Shown here in pieces: positions 40,023-55,654 of a stretch of 64,000 bases of DNA. The stretch lies in assembly GCA_964016885.1 (NCBI GenBank), contig OZ024742.1, positions 266,476,001-266,540,000 on the forward strand, read 5' to 3'. Position 1 is the stretch's first letter. Each line of letters starts with the position of its first letter. Under the pieces are notes generated by a model. It had not been told where the DNA came from. It made no database searches and saw only the letters and a list, made by a program, of their open reading frames with translations. The position numbers were made by a program, and so were the translations under genes. Origin of the DNA: Eledone cirrhosa. Its lineage: Eukaryota.

Positions 40023-40449
40023 GTGAGGTATATATATATATGTATGTATATATATATATGTGTGTGTGTTTAATGGCAGCTGAGATGCTTCCATAGGTGG
40101 TATGCCAGTTGAGCACTCTATGTTCTTACAGAGCAGAGTGTGATATAATATAAAACGATGCATCACTCCCAAAGTATAACAATATATATATATATATATA
40201 AGAGAGTATTGAAGTTTGCTTGAAGCATTGTGGAACAATAAGTAAATATCTTTAAGTCGTTTGGAAGCCTCGACAATGCAATTGGGTAAATCTCCAGGTA
40301 ACAAGTTCCGGTGGTGGAGAGAGATGTAAGTGGGTATACGTTGAGATGCGTGGTGTGTATAAGATGTGTGAGATGTGTAGAATGAAGGGAAGAGTATAAA
40401 GGATAAAATAAAAATAACAACACAAGAGAGAGTTACCTTGGGAGAGATT

Positions 40450-41430
40450 TAATAGTCCCTATATATTTCGGATTCACATCCATCAACTAGGGTTTTTTCC
40501 GGGGTGGGGGAAAAGGTTGTCTGTCGGACAAGTCCGGAAAGCGTCCTTCGCTGTTTGTTGTTTTAAATATCTGAGGTATTCGGCAGAGCGCGCGTGCGCG
40601 TGAAATGGGGTCGGTCGTACAGAGGTCAGCGGCCGAATGAGGGAGTGGGATGGCGCTAGCTGTCAGTCCATTCTCTGCCTGTTTGTTAAATGTTACTGTG
40701 TGTGTGTGTGCGTGTGTCGTTGTCACGCTTGAGTGTGTGTGTGTGTGTGTGCGTGTATATATTGTTATACTTTAGGAGAGTTATGTTGCCAATAAGAAAC
40801 ACACGCACCAGTTGCCTTCACTTCAATTTATTATAAATTTCCGGTTGGTTTGTTGGTTGGTTCCACAACCGGATGGTTGTTCATATATTGTCAAAGCTCT
40901 TTCGTCACACATTCTGTGACCTTTTCAGTGACTGGGGATTCTTTTCTTTGTTTTGTGCCTCTCCTTTGTTCTGTCCTACGCCATCCTGTTTTTGTGTGTG
41001 TTACATCCGAGAGTCTGTGTGTGTTTTTATTTGTTTAGTTAGTTGTTTGTTCTATGTATGTGTGTTTTCATTTTGTCCTTAATTGTAAGGTGTGATGTTG
41101 CTATTCCATTCATGTTTTATATTTAATTTTAGTTGGAGTTCATTTATGTTTATTGCCTCTGTGATTTGTCTAAACATTGCGTCTTTTCTGTGTGTGGATT
41201 TTATTTTTATTTCTATGTTCTCTAATTTGCCCTTATGTTCTATTTTAGCATGTTGGTGGAGTACTGATGAGTCTTTTCTATCTTGGACTTCTCGCCAGTG
41301 TTCATTTAATCGTTCTCCTATACTACGGGCTGTCTCACCTATGTACACTATATTCTTATCTTTACATTGTTCCTCAGTACATCTTATGCTATATATATGT
41401 GTCTAGTTTTACAGTTAATATGGGGGCTTA
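40450..41430 (-). mobile_element. PLE 3' fragment: GIY-YIG endonuclease plus probable 3'UTR
   Basis: IYSIRC...C...YIGETARSIGERLNEH...H...RQITEAININ...LN at 41079-41400; extent of the UTR is uncertain. Confidence 0.78.
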
Positions 41431-41503
41431 GTTTACAGATTAAAAACTTAAAACCACAACTGAATACTAACCCATACAATCACTAATACTCTTTTATTCC
41501 TAA

Positions 41504-42375
41504 CTAGCAGTAAAGCCCGGCGTTGCTCGGGGTCGCTCAGTAGCTGTGTTAAAGTTACAATGTTAAGTTTCTTTTTTGGCTTAAAAACTGTAGTGTCTAC
41601 TGTGCAGACTTGCATGTGGTGTTTTTGATTAATATTCCCTCAACCAACAATATGCCTTATGAAGTTAAGAAAACATAACGATAACCCGAATGTTATAACA
41701 AAAGAGGATGCTGGGGATAAAAACTGCACTGGTTATTTATTAACAAAGATCGAAAATGTAAGCACTGCAACGCAGAGAAAAACATTAGCGTAACCAAATT
41801 ATCAGTTATGTCTGTCTGCACGCCTATATCACCTCTCTGCACGACTGTCTGTCTGCACGCCTATATCACCTCTCTGCACGACTATCTGTCTGCACGCGTA
41901 TATCACCTCTCTGCACGACAGTCTGTCTGCACGCCTAACGAAATTTACAGATACATATATTTTAAATAAACTTATATAATTTTTGCTTTTTTTTACGAAA
42001 TATTTGCTTGTTTTACGTAGTCTTTAAATAGACTTGTTTTCAAGTAAAAATATTGTTTTAAAATGCTTTTAAATGGAATGTATTGTGTTAATGTCATTTT
42101 AAACGCTGAGAAAGCCAGCGTAATTTTTTACGTAAGACGCTCAATGTAAACAGAACAAAGGGAAATAACTGATAACTTACGCTCAAAAATCGATACATTA
42201 TATTCGATTTCGTCACATAGGGTGGGTCAATTTGAAATATCTTTTTTCCGATGTCTTCGCTAGGGCTCAATGTACAAGTCTAGCAATTTCGGTGCAATTC
42301 CGTGAGAGATTCTAAGAGGAGATGTGTGCCAAAAATCGATAGACAGACAGACAACCACAGTTTTATATATATAGA
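41504..42375 (-). mobile_element. Non-autonomous Helitron with internal 37-bp tandem repeat
   Basis: Minus strand starts TC (42375), ends in a subterminal hairpin (cccgagcaacgccggg, 41516-41531) and CTAG (41504-41507), between A and T with no TSD; tgtctgtctgcacgcctatatcacctctctgcacgac x3.4 at 41809-41936. Confidence 0.85.
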
Positions 42376-42427
42376 TTAAACCATTTTTCAACTGTGAACA
42401 ATTTGTCAGCATTTTCTATTCCATTTA

Positions 42428-42499
<72 letters not shown>

Positions 42500-42612
42500 A
42501 TAGTAATAATAATAAATTTGAAGACTAAAATCCAAAGAGGGCTCGATAAGGATAAATATATATCAAATATATAAGAACAGTAGAGCAAATATTTATTAAC
42601 ATAACAGATTAA

Positions 42613-42663
42613 AGTTTAAGCAAAGAATCGCTGCTTTCACCCTTAACGGGATCTTCTGAAACT
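42613..42663 (-). ncRNA. Type I hammerhead, one core substitution (U4A)
   Basis: Minus strand agttt-CAGAAGA-tccc gttaa gggt-GAAA-gca gcgattctt tgc-TT-aaact, inside the fold-back repeat 42518-42713. Confidence 0.6.
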
Positions 42664-42710
42664 AACAAAGTCAATCTGTAAACGCAGAACTGAAAGCAGC
42701 GATTCTTTGC

Positions 42711-42750
<40 letters not shown>

Positions 42751-42804
42751 TAAAAAAATAATGAATAAAACAATGAAGCAGTTCCTTATATTAAACAAAA
42801 AAAG

Positions 42805-42959
42805 TTCATTATTTAACGATCGTTTCTAGGATATATATGTGTTAGAATTGGCATGCATATTCAACAGATCTATGTACAAAATTATACAAAATTATACAAA
42901 CTATCAAAATTAAATATACATACCAAACACATATATATGCCGTCTTCAGAAATAATGAA
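42805..42959 (-). ncRNA. Type I hammerhead with long stem II (left-arm copy)
   Basis: Reverse complement of 52177-52331. Confidence 0.75.
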
Positions 42960-43668
42960 ATATATTTATTGATAATAACAACAATTCAAAATTAGAGGTC
43001 TGTTTGGGAACAGAGTTCAAATTGACCAATGAAAATACAAAAAGTTTATACAGTTAGGTGTGTGTATATATTCATATAAGTAACTTCGTTCACAGATATG
43101 CATAAAGATATATGTTCACATGCATACGCTTACCAAAAAGATGTATGTAAATACAAAAATTCAAGGCTAATGTCTCTGTATGTTTATAATCTACAGATAA
43201 AATACGTACCCACATATATAAATATAAAATAAATATATACACACATTCATATACTCACACATATACGTACATTCACACACAGACACGCGTATACGCAAAC
43301 ACATACACACAACCACGAACATACATACACACATACACCGCCACACACATATATATGTGTGTATATACTATTATCATAAGCATATGGATATTAATGCGCG
43401 CACATAAACACTGCCACACACATTTAGATCCAGATACAGAAAGTGGGTGGGTGGGGGGGGGGAGAGGTCAGTATTCACCGGTGTCAGCAGACTGCCTATT
43501 TATAAATGTATCTATAAACTTAGAAATAAAAAGGAAAGAAAAAGAAAAAAGAAATATATCAAGAAAATATATATATATATAATATATACATACACACACA
43601 TATATATATATATATACATACACACATATATAAACAAGTAAATATAAAATATACATCGATATACATAC

Positions 43669-43699
<31 letters not shown>

Positions 43700-43954
43700 C
43701 ATACACATACATACATATATATACACATATATACAAACACATACATACACATACATATACATACACACACCATATAAATACACATATACATACACACCCG
43801 CATACATATAGAGACACATACATATACACATATAAATACATAGACATATACACATATACACACACATATATATATATATATACACATATACGCATACATA
43901 TATATACACGTACATTCACAACACACGTATATATATATATATATATATATACAT

Positions 43955-44022
<68 letters not shown>

Positions 44023-44086
44023 CTACACACATATATATAAACACACTCATGTATATACACACATACACATACATACCCACATATAA

Positions 44087-44121
<35 letters not shown>

Positions 44122-44136
44122 TATACACATATATAT

Positions 44137-44211
<75 letters not shown>

Positions 44212-44286
44212 TACATACACACACATACGCATACATATATATATATAAAGATATATATACACACACACACACACATAATAAATATA

Positions 44287-44328
<42 letters not shown>

Positions 44329-44656
44329 CATATACACACACACACATATATACACACATACATACACACACATACATACTCATACATAGACATACATATA
44401 TACTCACACACACATACACACATACATATACGCATATATACACATACATACACATCCATGTAAGCGTATATACATACAAACACCACCACACGCTCACACA
44501 ACTCAGACATACATAAATAAAGGGATATACATACACATATATACATATATAAATAGAGATACATATATATATATATAAAAATATATACACACGTACACAC
44601 ACAAAAACACACATACATACACATACATACACACATACATATATATATACACACAT

Positions 44657-44725
<69 letters not shown>

Positions 44726-44886
44726 TATATATATATACACACACACATACATACACTTATATATATATATATATATAAAAAATAAAGAAATAAGATAAAT
44801 AAATAAATAAATAAATTAATACACACAGTCAGACAAATATGCACACACATACATATACATATATATATACATACATACACACATAC

Positions 44887-44917
<31 letters not shown>

Positions 44918-44961
44918 CATACACATATATATATACATACACACACATACACACATCAACT

Positions 44962-45072
<111 letters not shown>

Positions 45073-45250
45073 TCACATATACATGCGCACATACGTACAC
45101 ATATACACATACACACATATACACCTAGACATATACATGTGCATACATATACATACACACATATATACCCACATAAATACATAGATACATATATACATAT
45201 ACATACGCACACATATACATATATATATATATATACACACATATATACAT

Positions 45251-45311
<61 letters not shown>

Positions 45312-46492
45312 ATCATACACTCTTATTTACATGCGCACATATGTATTTTTATACTCACATACAAACACCCAAACATACATACCTACCTACATATACATAC
45401 ATACATCTACGCTTACAAATACAAATAATAATAGTGGGGGGGAAAGGGGGGGGATTATAGTTAATATAGGTTTCAAGAAACATAGAATATTAATCTGCAT
45501 TTAGATCATAATATGTGTTTACATAGTTTCAGTATTAGGAAATGTAAGAAAGAAGGCAAAATTATGCATTTCAATATAATTATACCATTAACCATAGGTT
45601 AACTAAATTAAGGATAGTTAATATATTGATTTCTAAGGTGTATACTACTTAGGTTTATAATATTTGAAGCGGAATTTTGAAGTTAAATAGTAGTAGAGTA
45701 TTAATAATAGTATAACTAAATTAAAATTATTAACGTTATGGTATCAATATTAGGAAATGAATTTAGTAATAGGGAAAAAAACAAATAAAGTATTACATCG
45801 GTAGTAGAATATAAATTATAGGTTAACTAAATTAAAAATTATATATTAATTTCTATAGTATATGTTAATTAGGTTTATAATAATTAAAACAGATATTGTA
45901 TTTTATCTATAGTAGAATATAATTATAGGTAAACAGAAAATTAAAATTAATACATACACATATACATATACATATATATATATACACATATATATATATA
46001 CATATACATATATATACATACATATACATATTTTTTCAAAAATTGCAAAGAATATATTAACTAGGTATAGATCCAAAACCTATCTCAGTCTATGATTACA
46101 TGACACTCTGCAATCCATCTGTATTAGGATATTAATTTTAAGCCAATTAAATTAAATTTTTAGGTTGACCAAATTTAAAACCAAATTATAAATATATTTC
46201 TAAAATGAACATTAATTAGGTCTATAATACTAAAAATTATTTCTCTGTCATTGAATACACGATATATTGTTATATTTTATCTGTAAAGGAATTTTAATAA
46301 AAAGTTAAATAAATTAAAATTAATCTATAAATTAATTTACGAAGTATATATTAGTGATATTTAAAAGTTTTTCACAATTTATGATTACACAATATTTTAT
46401 AATCTCATCTGTAGTAAAATTTTAATTAAATTAAATTTATAGGTTAACTAACATTTAAATTAAATTATATATTAAATTCTAAAATAATGTTA

Positions 46493-48393
46493 TTAATTAG
46501 GTTTATAATATTTAAATGTTTTTCTTAGTTTATGATTACACGATATAATTAATTCCTGTCGTTTATTTAATAGGATATCCTTAGATTTCATTATTTCAAA
46601 TAGTTCTTGGGAACATAATCTACATTCATTTCTATTATTTTGATAAGGGGTGGCTCTTTTGAGCACACTCCAGGTCAAATCATATTCTATATTCTTATTT
46701 TTATAACTATTGATTTTTTCTGCTAGAGATGTTGTATTAGCCAGTGCGGCATTTTTAAAAACTATGTTTGTGGGTATTAAACCTTGCCTTAAAATTGTTA
46801 GAAGTAGCTCCTATATATGAGCAAATAGAATCTTTAGTTTTAACATTACATTTATAAACTATGTTGTTAACAAGACAATTTCCTTTTAATGGGCAGTTTG
46901 CCTTGTTTCTACAGTTACAACCTTTCGTTAATTCTGTATTTGAAGAGATATTATGGTTAGTTTGATGTATTGATGGTATACTTATGGTATTCTTACATTT
47001 ATATGCATTATAGGCACTTATATTTTGTTTTATGTTATTTGTTGTTGAGTATGAGAATTTAACTGTAGACCTATTTAAGATTTGATGGTATTTGTGGTTT
47101 GGCGGGAAGTTTTTCTCTAGGATATAAAAAATTTTTTTAGCAATATTATCCTTAATTTGTAAATTAAATGGAGCATTATACCAAGTAACCCGTCTATTAC
47201 GGTTTCTATGTTGTTTATTATTTTTATAGGTTGTATCGTGATGTTTACTAGGAGGATTAATGTTAATGATCTCACCACGCACATTTTTAGTTAGATTTGT
47301 AGATTTAGGTGTTTTATCCTGTTTATTAGGAGTTTTATTATTAACATTTATTAGAGTTGTATGATGAGTAGTTTTTTGAGAGTTACTATACTTTATATTA
47401 GAAGAGTTGGTATTTTGGGGTATAGTGTGGGTGGCATTTAGGTGTGTACTTTTCATTTGGTGTTTGTTGGTAATATTAGGTTGTATGTTTATAGTATTTT
47501 TAGTAGAAGGTATATATTCTAATCTATTTTTGTGGCCACTTCTATCTAGAGCTTCGTTATAGAAGGTCGCATTTTTATCAAATACATCTTGGTTAGAAGA
47601 AAGGTTAGAAATTCTAAGTGATATATTATATGCAAGGTTTTTAAGGATAGATTTAGGGTGATTAGATTGTGAGTGTATGTAGTGTAAGTTTTGGTTGGGT
47701 TTATGGTAAGGTTGGTAGATACCCGTAGCTAAGTCTAAAGTTATATCTAGGAAATTTACTACTTTACTTGTTTTTTCAAAAGTAACATGAAGACTATAAT
47801 AGTCTTTAAGGAAAGTTCTAATATGCTTTTTGTTTTTTTCTATTTCTGAAAGGCTAAGGTTGTTGGAAAGAAGAAGACAGTCATCACGATATAAACCACC
47901 TTTAAGGTGGGGAAAGGAGGCATTTATGTTGAAAAGGAGAAAGAGGCCCACAAGATCAGTAATTTGGGCGGAATCGCTTGAACCCATAGTAATATCAAAT
48001 AGATTACTATATGTGTTTCTGGTCCAGTATTCATTCTGAAATTCAATAAGTGTTAGTCTAGCATGTGTAATAATATTAATGTCATCCAAAGTTAAGTTAG
48101 ATCTATTTTTAGCAAATATCAATGCTTTGTTCAGGAGTATAGGTGATATAGAAGAATAGTAATTATCTATATCAAATTGTAGAAATGAAGCAGAAGATTT
48201 ACATCTAATATTTTTAAACCAGTTAATTACCTGGGAAGTGTTTTCCCAGAGTGGTAAAATAACGTGTTTTCTTATTTGTGGGATGACTCTATCCAAAATT
48301 TTTTTGCTAATTATTCCAATATCAGATTTGGAGGGACATATAAGTCTTATAGAAGGATTTGAGTTAAAGTTTGATTTATGATCCTTCAGGTTG
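46493..48393 (-). pseudogene. PLE RT + Cys linker + GIY-YIG, 5'-truncated, +1 frameshift near 46757
   Basis: LKDHK, RLICPSKSDIG, QFDIDNYYSSI, FDITMGS, GLYRDD, VNFLDITLDL, YHKPN, SNHP, WYNAPF, CNCR...CPL.GNCL...IVY...YIG. Confidence 0.92.
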
Positions 48394-48394
48394 A

Positions 48395-48872
48395 AATACA
48401 TCAAACTAACCATAATATCTCTTCAAATACAGAATTAACGAAAGGTTGTAACTGTAGAAACAAGGCAAACTGCCCATTAAAAGGAAATTGTCTTGTTAAC
48501 AACATAGTTTATAAATGTAATGTTAAAACTAAAGATTCTATTTGCTCATATATAGGAGCTACTTCTAACAATTTTAAGGCAAGGTTTAATACCCACAAAC
48601 ATAGTTTTAAAAGTGCCGCACTGGCTAATACAACATCTCTAGCAGAAAAAATCAATAGTTATAAAAATAAGAATATAGAATATGATTTGACCTGGAGTGT
48701 GCTCAAAAGAGCCACCCCTTATCAAAATAATAGAAATGAATGTAGATTATGTTCCCAAGAACTATTTGAAATAATGAAATCTAAGGATATCCTATTAAAT
48801 AAACGACAGGAATTAATTATATCGTGTAATCATAAACTAAGAAAAACATTTAAATATTATAAACCTAATTAA
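48395..48872 (+). CDS. Intact GIY-YIG endonuclease coding segment in the right arm
   Basis: ORF 48378-48872 reads through where the left arm is frameshifted; its first codons derive from the junction. Confidence 0.75.
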
Positions 48873-49347
48873 TAACATTATTTTAGAATTTAATATATAA
48901 TTTAATTTAAATGTTAGTTAACCTATAAATTTAATTTAATTAAAATTTTACTACAGATGAGATTATAAAATATTGTGTAATCATAAATTGTGAAAAACTT
49001 TTAAATATCACTAATATATACTTCGTAAATTAATTTATAGATTAATTTTAATTTATTTAACTTTTTATTAAAATTCCTTTACAGATAAAATATAACAATA
49101 TATCGTGTATTCAATGACAGAAATAATTTTTAGTATTATAGACCTAATTATTGTACATTTTAGAAATATATTTATAATTTGGTTTTAAATTTGGTCAACC
49201 TAAAAATTTAATTTAATTGGCTTAAAATTAATATCCTAATACAGATGGATTGCAGAGTGTCATGTAATCATAGACTGAGATAGGTTTTGGATCTATACCT
49301 AGTTAATATATTCTTTGCAATTTTTGAAAAAATATGTATATGTATGT

Positions 49348-49379
<32 letters not shown>

Positions 49380-50049
49380 GTGTATATATATATATGTATA
49401 TGTATATGTGTATGTATTAATTTTAATTTTCTGTTTACCTATAATTATATTCTACTATAGATAAAATACAATATCTGTTTTAATTATTATAAACCTAATT
49501 AACATATACTATAGAAATTAATATATAATTTTTAATTTAGTTAACCTATTATTTATATTCTACTACCGATGTAATACTTTATTTGTTTTTTTCCCTATTA
49601 CTAAATTCATTTCCTAATATTGATACCATAACGTTAATAATTTTAATTTAGTTATACTATTATTAATACTCTACTACTATTTAACTTCAAAATTCCGCTT
49701 CAAATATTATAAACCTAAGTAGTATACACCTTAGAAATCAATATATTAACTATCCTTAATTTAGTTAACCTATGGTTAATGGTATAATTATATTGAAATG
49801 CATAATTTTGCCTTCTTTCTTACATTTCCTAATACTGAAACTATGTAAACACATATTATGATCTAAATGCAGATTAATATTCTATGTTTCTTGAAACCTA
49901 TATTAACTATAATCCCCCCCCCCCTACTATTATTATTTGTATTTGTAAGCGTAGATGTATGTATGTATATGTAGGTAGGTATGTATGTTTGGGTGTTTGT
50001 ATGTGAGTATAAAAATACATATGTGCGCATGTAAATAAGAGTGTATGAT

Positions 50050-50110
<61 letters not shown>

Positions 50111-50115
50111 ATGTA

Positions 50116-50163
<48 letters not shown>

Positions 50164-50309
50164 CGTATGTATATGTATATATGTATCTATGTATTTATGT
50201 GGGTATATATGTGTGTATGTATATGTATGCACATGTATATGTCTAGGTGTATATGTGTGTATGTGTATATGTGTACGTATGTGCGCATGTATATGTGAGT
50301 GTGTGTGTG

Positions 50310-50406
<97 letters not shown>

Positions 50407-50443
50407 ATATATGTGTATGTATGTGTGTGTGTATATATATATA

Positions 50444-50494
<51 letters not shown>

Positions 50495-50817
50495 ATGTGT
50501 GTATATATATATGTATGTGTGTATGTATGTGTATGTATGTGTGTTTTGTGTGTGTACGTGTGTATATATTTTTATATATATATATATGTATCTCTATTTA
50601 TATATGTATATATGTGTATGTATATCCCTTTATTTATGTATGTCTGAGTTGTGTGAGCGTGTGGTGGTGTTTGTATGTATATACGCTTACATGGATGTGT
50701 ATGTATGTGTATATATGCGTATATGTATGTGTGTATGTGTGTGTGAGTATATATGTATGTCTATGTATGAGTACGTATGTGTGTGTATGTATGTGTGTAT
50801 ATATGTGTGTGTGTGTG

Positions 50818-50864
<47 letters not shown>

Positions 50865-50954
50865 TATGTGTGTGTGTGTGTGTATATATATCTTTATATA
50901 TATATATGTATGCGTATGTGTGTGTATGTATGTGTCTATATATATATATATATA

Positions 50955-50987
<33 letters not shown>

Positions 50988-51006
50988 GTGTATATATATG
51001 TGTATA

Positions 51007-51067
<61 letters not shown>

Positions 51068-51125
51068 GTGGGTATGTATGTGTATGTGTGTATATACATG
51101 AGTGTGTTTATATATATTTGTGTAG

Positions 51126-51181
<56 letters not shown>

Positions 51182-51436
51182 GTATGTATATGTATATATA
51201 TATATATATATACGTGTGTTGTGAATGTACGTGTATATATATGTATGCGTATATGTGTATATATATATATATATGTGTGTATATGTGTATATGTCTATGT
51301 ATTTATATGTGTATATGTATGTGTCTCTATATGTATGCGGGTGTGTATGTATATGTGTATTTATATGGTGTGTATGTATATGTATGTGTATGTATGTGTT
51401 TGTGTATATGTGTATATATATGTATGTATGTGTATG

Positions 51437-51479
<43 letters not shown>

Positions 51480-52176
51480 GTATGTATATCGATGTATATT
51501 TTATATTTACTTGTTTATATATGTGTGTATGTATATATATATATGTGTGTGTATGTATATATTATATATATATATATTTTCTTGATATATTTCTTTTTTC
51601 TTTTTCTTTTCTTTTTATTTCTCAGTTTATAGATACATTTATAAATAGGCAGTCTGCTGACACCGGTGAATACTGACCTCCCCCCCCACCTACTTTCTGT
51701 ATCTGGATTTAAATGTGTGTGGCAGTGTTTATGTGCGCGCATTAATATCCATATGCTTATGATAATAGTATATACACACATATATATGTGTGTGGGGGTG
51801 TATGTGTGTATGTATGTTCGTGGTTGTGTGTATGTGTTTGCGTATACGCGTGTCTGTGTGTGAATGTACGTATATGTGTGAGTATATGAATGTGTGTATA
51901 TATTTATTTTATATTTATATATGTGGTTACGTATTTTATCTGTAGATTATAAACATACAGAGACATTAGCCTTGAATTTTTGTATTTACATACATCTTTT
52001 TAGCAAGCGTATGCATGTGAACATATATCTTTATGCATATCTGTGAACGAAGTTACTTATATGAATATATACACACACCTAACTGTATAAACTTTTTGTA
52101 TTTTCATTGGTCAATTTGAACTCTGTTCCCAAACAGACCTCTAATTTTGAATTGTTGTTATTATCAATAAATATAT

Positions 52177-52331
52177 TTCATTATTTCTGAAGACGGCATA
52201 TATATGTGTTTGGTATGTATATTTAATTTTGATAGTTTGTATAATTTTGTATAATTTTGTACATAGATCTGTTGAATATGCATGCCAATTCTAACACATA
52301 TATATCCTAGAAACGATCGTTAAATAATGAA
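52177..52331 (+). ncRNA. Type I hammerhead with ~116-nt stem II (right-arm copy)
   Basis: ttcattattt-CTGAAGA-[stem II 52194-52309]-GAAA-cgatcg-TT-aaataatgaa; perfect 10-bp stem I, palindromic stem III. Confidence 0.78.
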
Positions 52332-52527
52332 CTTTTTTTGTTTAATATAAGGAACTGCTTCATTGTTTTATTCATTATTTTTTTTATATTTTATCTCGAC
52401 TCTGTTTTCCGTTTATCTTCCACCGAAAGTGATTTTTCATTGCATCTCTTCTTTCCATGATATCCGGATTACATTGAGTTCTTCATACGGATTGGACACT
52501 ACCGTAAACTCTTGGTAGGTTTATCTA

Positions 52528-54228
<1,701 letters not shown>

Positions 54229-54236
<8 letters not shown>

Positions 54237-54535
54237 TATAAATATTAATAAAATAGATGTTCTCTTGATCAATTACATTTTATTATACATATTTCGCATG
54301 TACAACAGTACGTCCTCATCAGACATAATATAATGATACATGACACCCTGAGATGTTAAATGGTTAAGATTTAATCAAGGTAGTTGATTAAATCTTAACC
54401 ATTTAACATCTCAGGGTATGTCATGTATCATTATATTTTGTCTGATGAGGACGTACTGTTGTACATCCGAAATATGTATAATAATATGTAATTCATCAAA
54501 AGAACATCTATTTTATTAATATTTATATTTTAATA
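54229..54535. mobile_element. ~300-bp near-perfect palindrome with a hammerhead-like core on each arm
   Basis: ~150-bp arms around a 5-nt loop (ggtag, 54379-54383); CTGATGA-ggacgtac tgtt gtacatcc-GAAA at 54442-54472. Confidence 0.75.
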
Positions 54536-54652
54536 TTAATAACTCCGGAAAATCTTTCTCCCGTAGAGTGTTTCCAATCTACTGTAAAACTCATTCTTTG
54601 ACATAATCATTGAATATCGTTTAACACTTTAATACATATATATATATATCAC

Positions 54653-55127
54653 AATGGTAGCACAGTGGTCTGGATAACCAAAGATGTCGGTTCGACTCCC
54701 ATGTACGTCAATACTCATCTTTTTCCATTTCTCCAAGGGTTCTTAACCCCACTACCAGGCTCAATAATTTCTTTAATTTCTTTAGTCAAAATACGGCGAT
54801 AGCTTACATTTATAATAATTTCAAACCCGCTCGCTGTTTCGAAAAATATTCTTACTTGACATTACAGTCGCTAAGTTTATAGCTTCTAATTTGAATGGAA
54901 AAAGACGGGTGATGTGTTGGTGTAAATGGTAGCACAGTGGTCTGGATAACCAAAGATGTAGGTTCGACCCATGTACGTCAATACTCATCTTTTTTCATTT
55001 CTCCGAGGGTTCTTAACCCCACTATCAGGCTAAATAATTTCTTTAATTTCTTTAGTCAAAATACGGCGATAGCTTACATTTTTTAATAATTTCAAACCCG
55101 CTCGGTGTTTCGAAAAATATTCTTACA
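54653..55127 (+). repeat. Tandem ~273-bp unit with a tRNA-like Pol III head (1.75 copies)
   Basis: atggtagcacagtggtctggataacc at 54654 and 54927; A box tggtgtaaatggtag, B box ggttcgactcc, T run shortly downstream. Confidence 0.72.
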
Positions 55128-55240
55128 TATATATATATATATATATATATATCCCAACTCGTACCATTCACATATTACTAATACTATTTTCGTGTTCACA
55201 GTAAATAAGCATAGTTAATATAGTGAGTCAAAATATTACT

Positions 55241-55654
55241 CTTGACGAAGGCCAGTCAAGCCTAAAATGCATAGACGTTTGTCCCCCTTGCTTCTGCTGG
55301 ACACCACCAGAGGGCGTTAGCCCCGGTATCTGCATAGCTACGGCTTCCTAAAACCGTGTTTCTTTAGAAATACGAAATTTCTATACATATTTGTATAAAG
55401 CTATGCCTGAAGCAAAATTTCTTTTCTATTATAAGTTGAGCCAACTAATGCAGCTTCATATGCAAATGAGATTAATCGCCTCATTTACACAGACGAGAAA
55501 ACTATATATCCTAGCCTGTTTACAAGTCCAGTAGTTGCAAGCGGTAGGAGGGACCGTCCTGACGAAGGCCAGTCAAGCCTGAAATGCATAGACGGTTGTC
55601 TCCCTTGCTTCTGTTGGACACCACCAGAGGGCGTCAGCCCCGGTGTTGCATAGC

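Noticed and set aside
40455-40495. Hammerhead-like ggat gtga atcc-GAAA-tata-TA-ggg on the minus strand
   Set aside because: The CUGANGA core is too degenerate (tagttgat); at most a relic
41809-41936. 37-bp repeats of CRISPR-like length
   Set aside because: Head-to-tail with no spacers, inside a Helitron
54910-54980. Functional tRNA gene (GGA anticodon)
   Set aside because: Several mismatched or wobble stem pairs, a defective T arm and no long variable arm expected for Ser; treated as tRNA-derived
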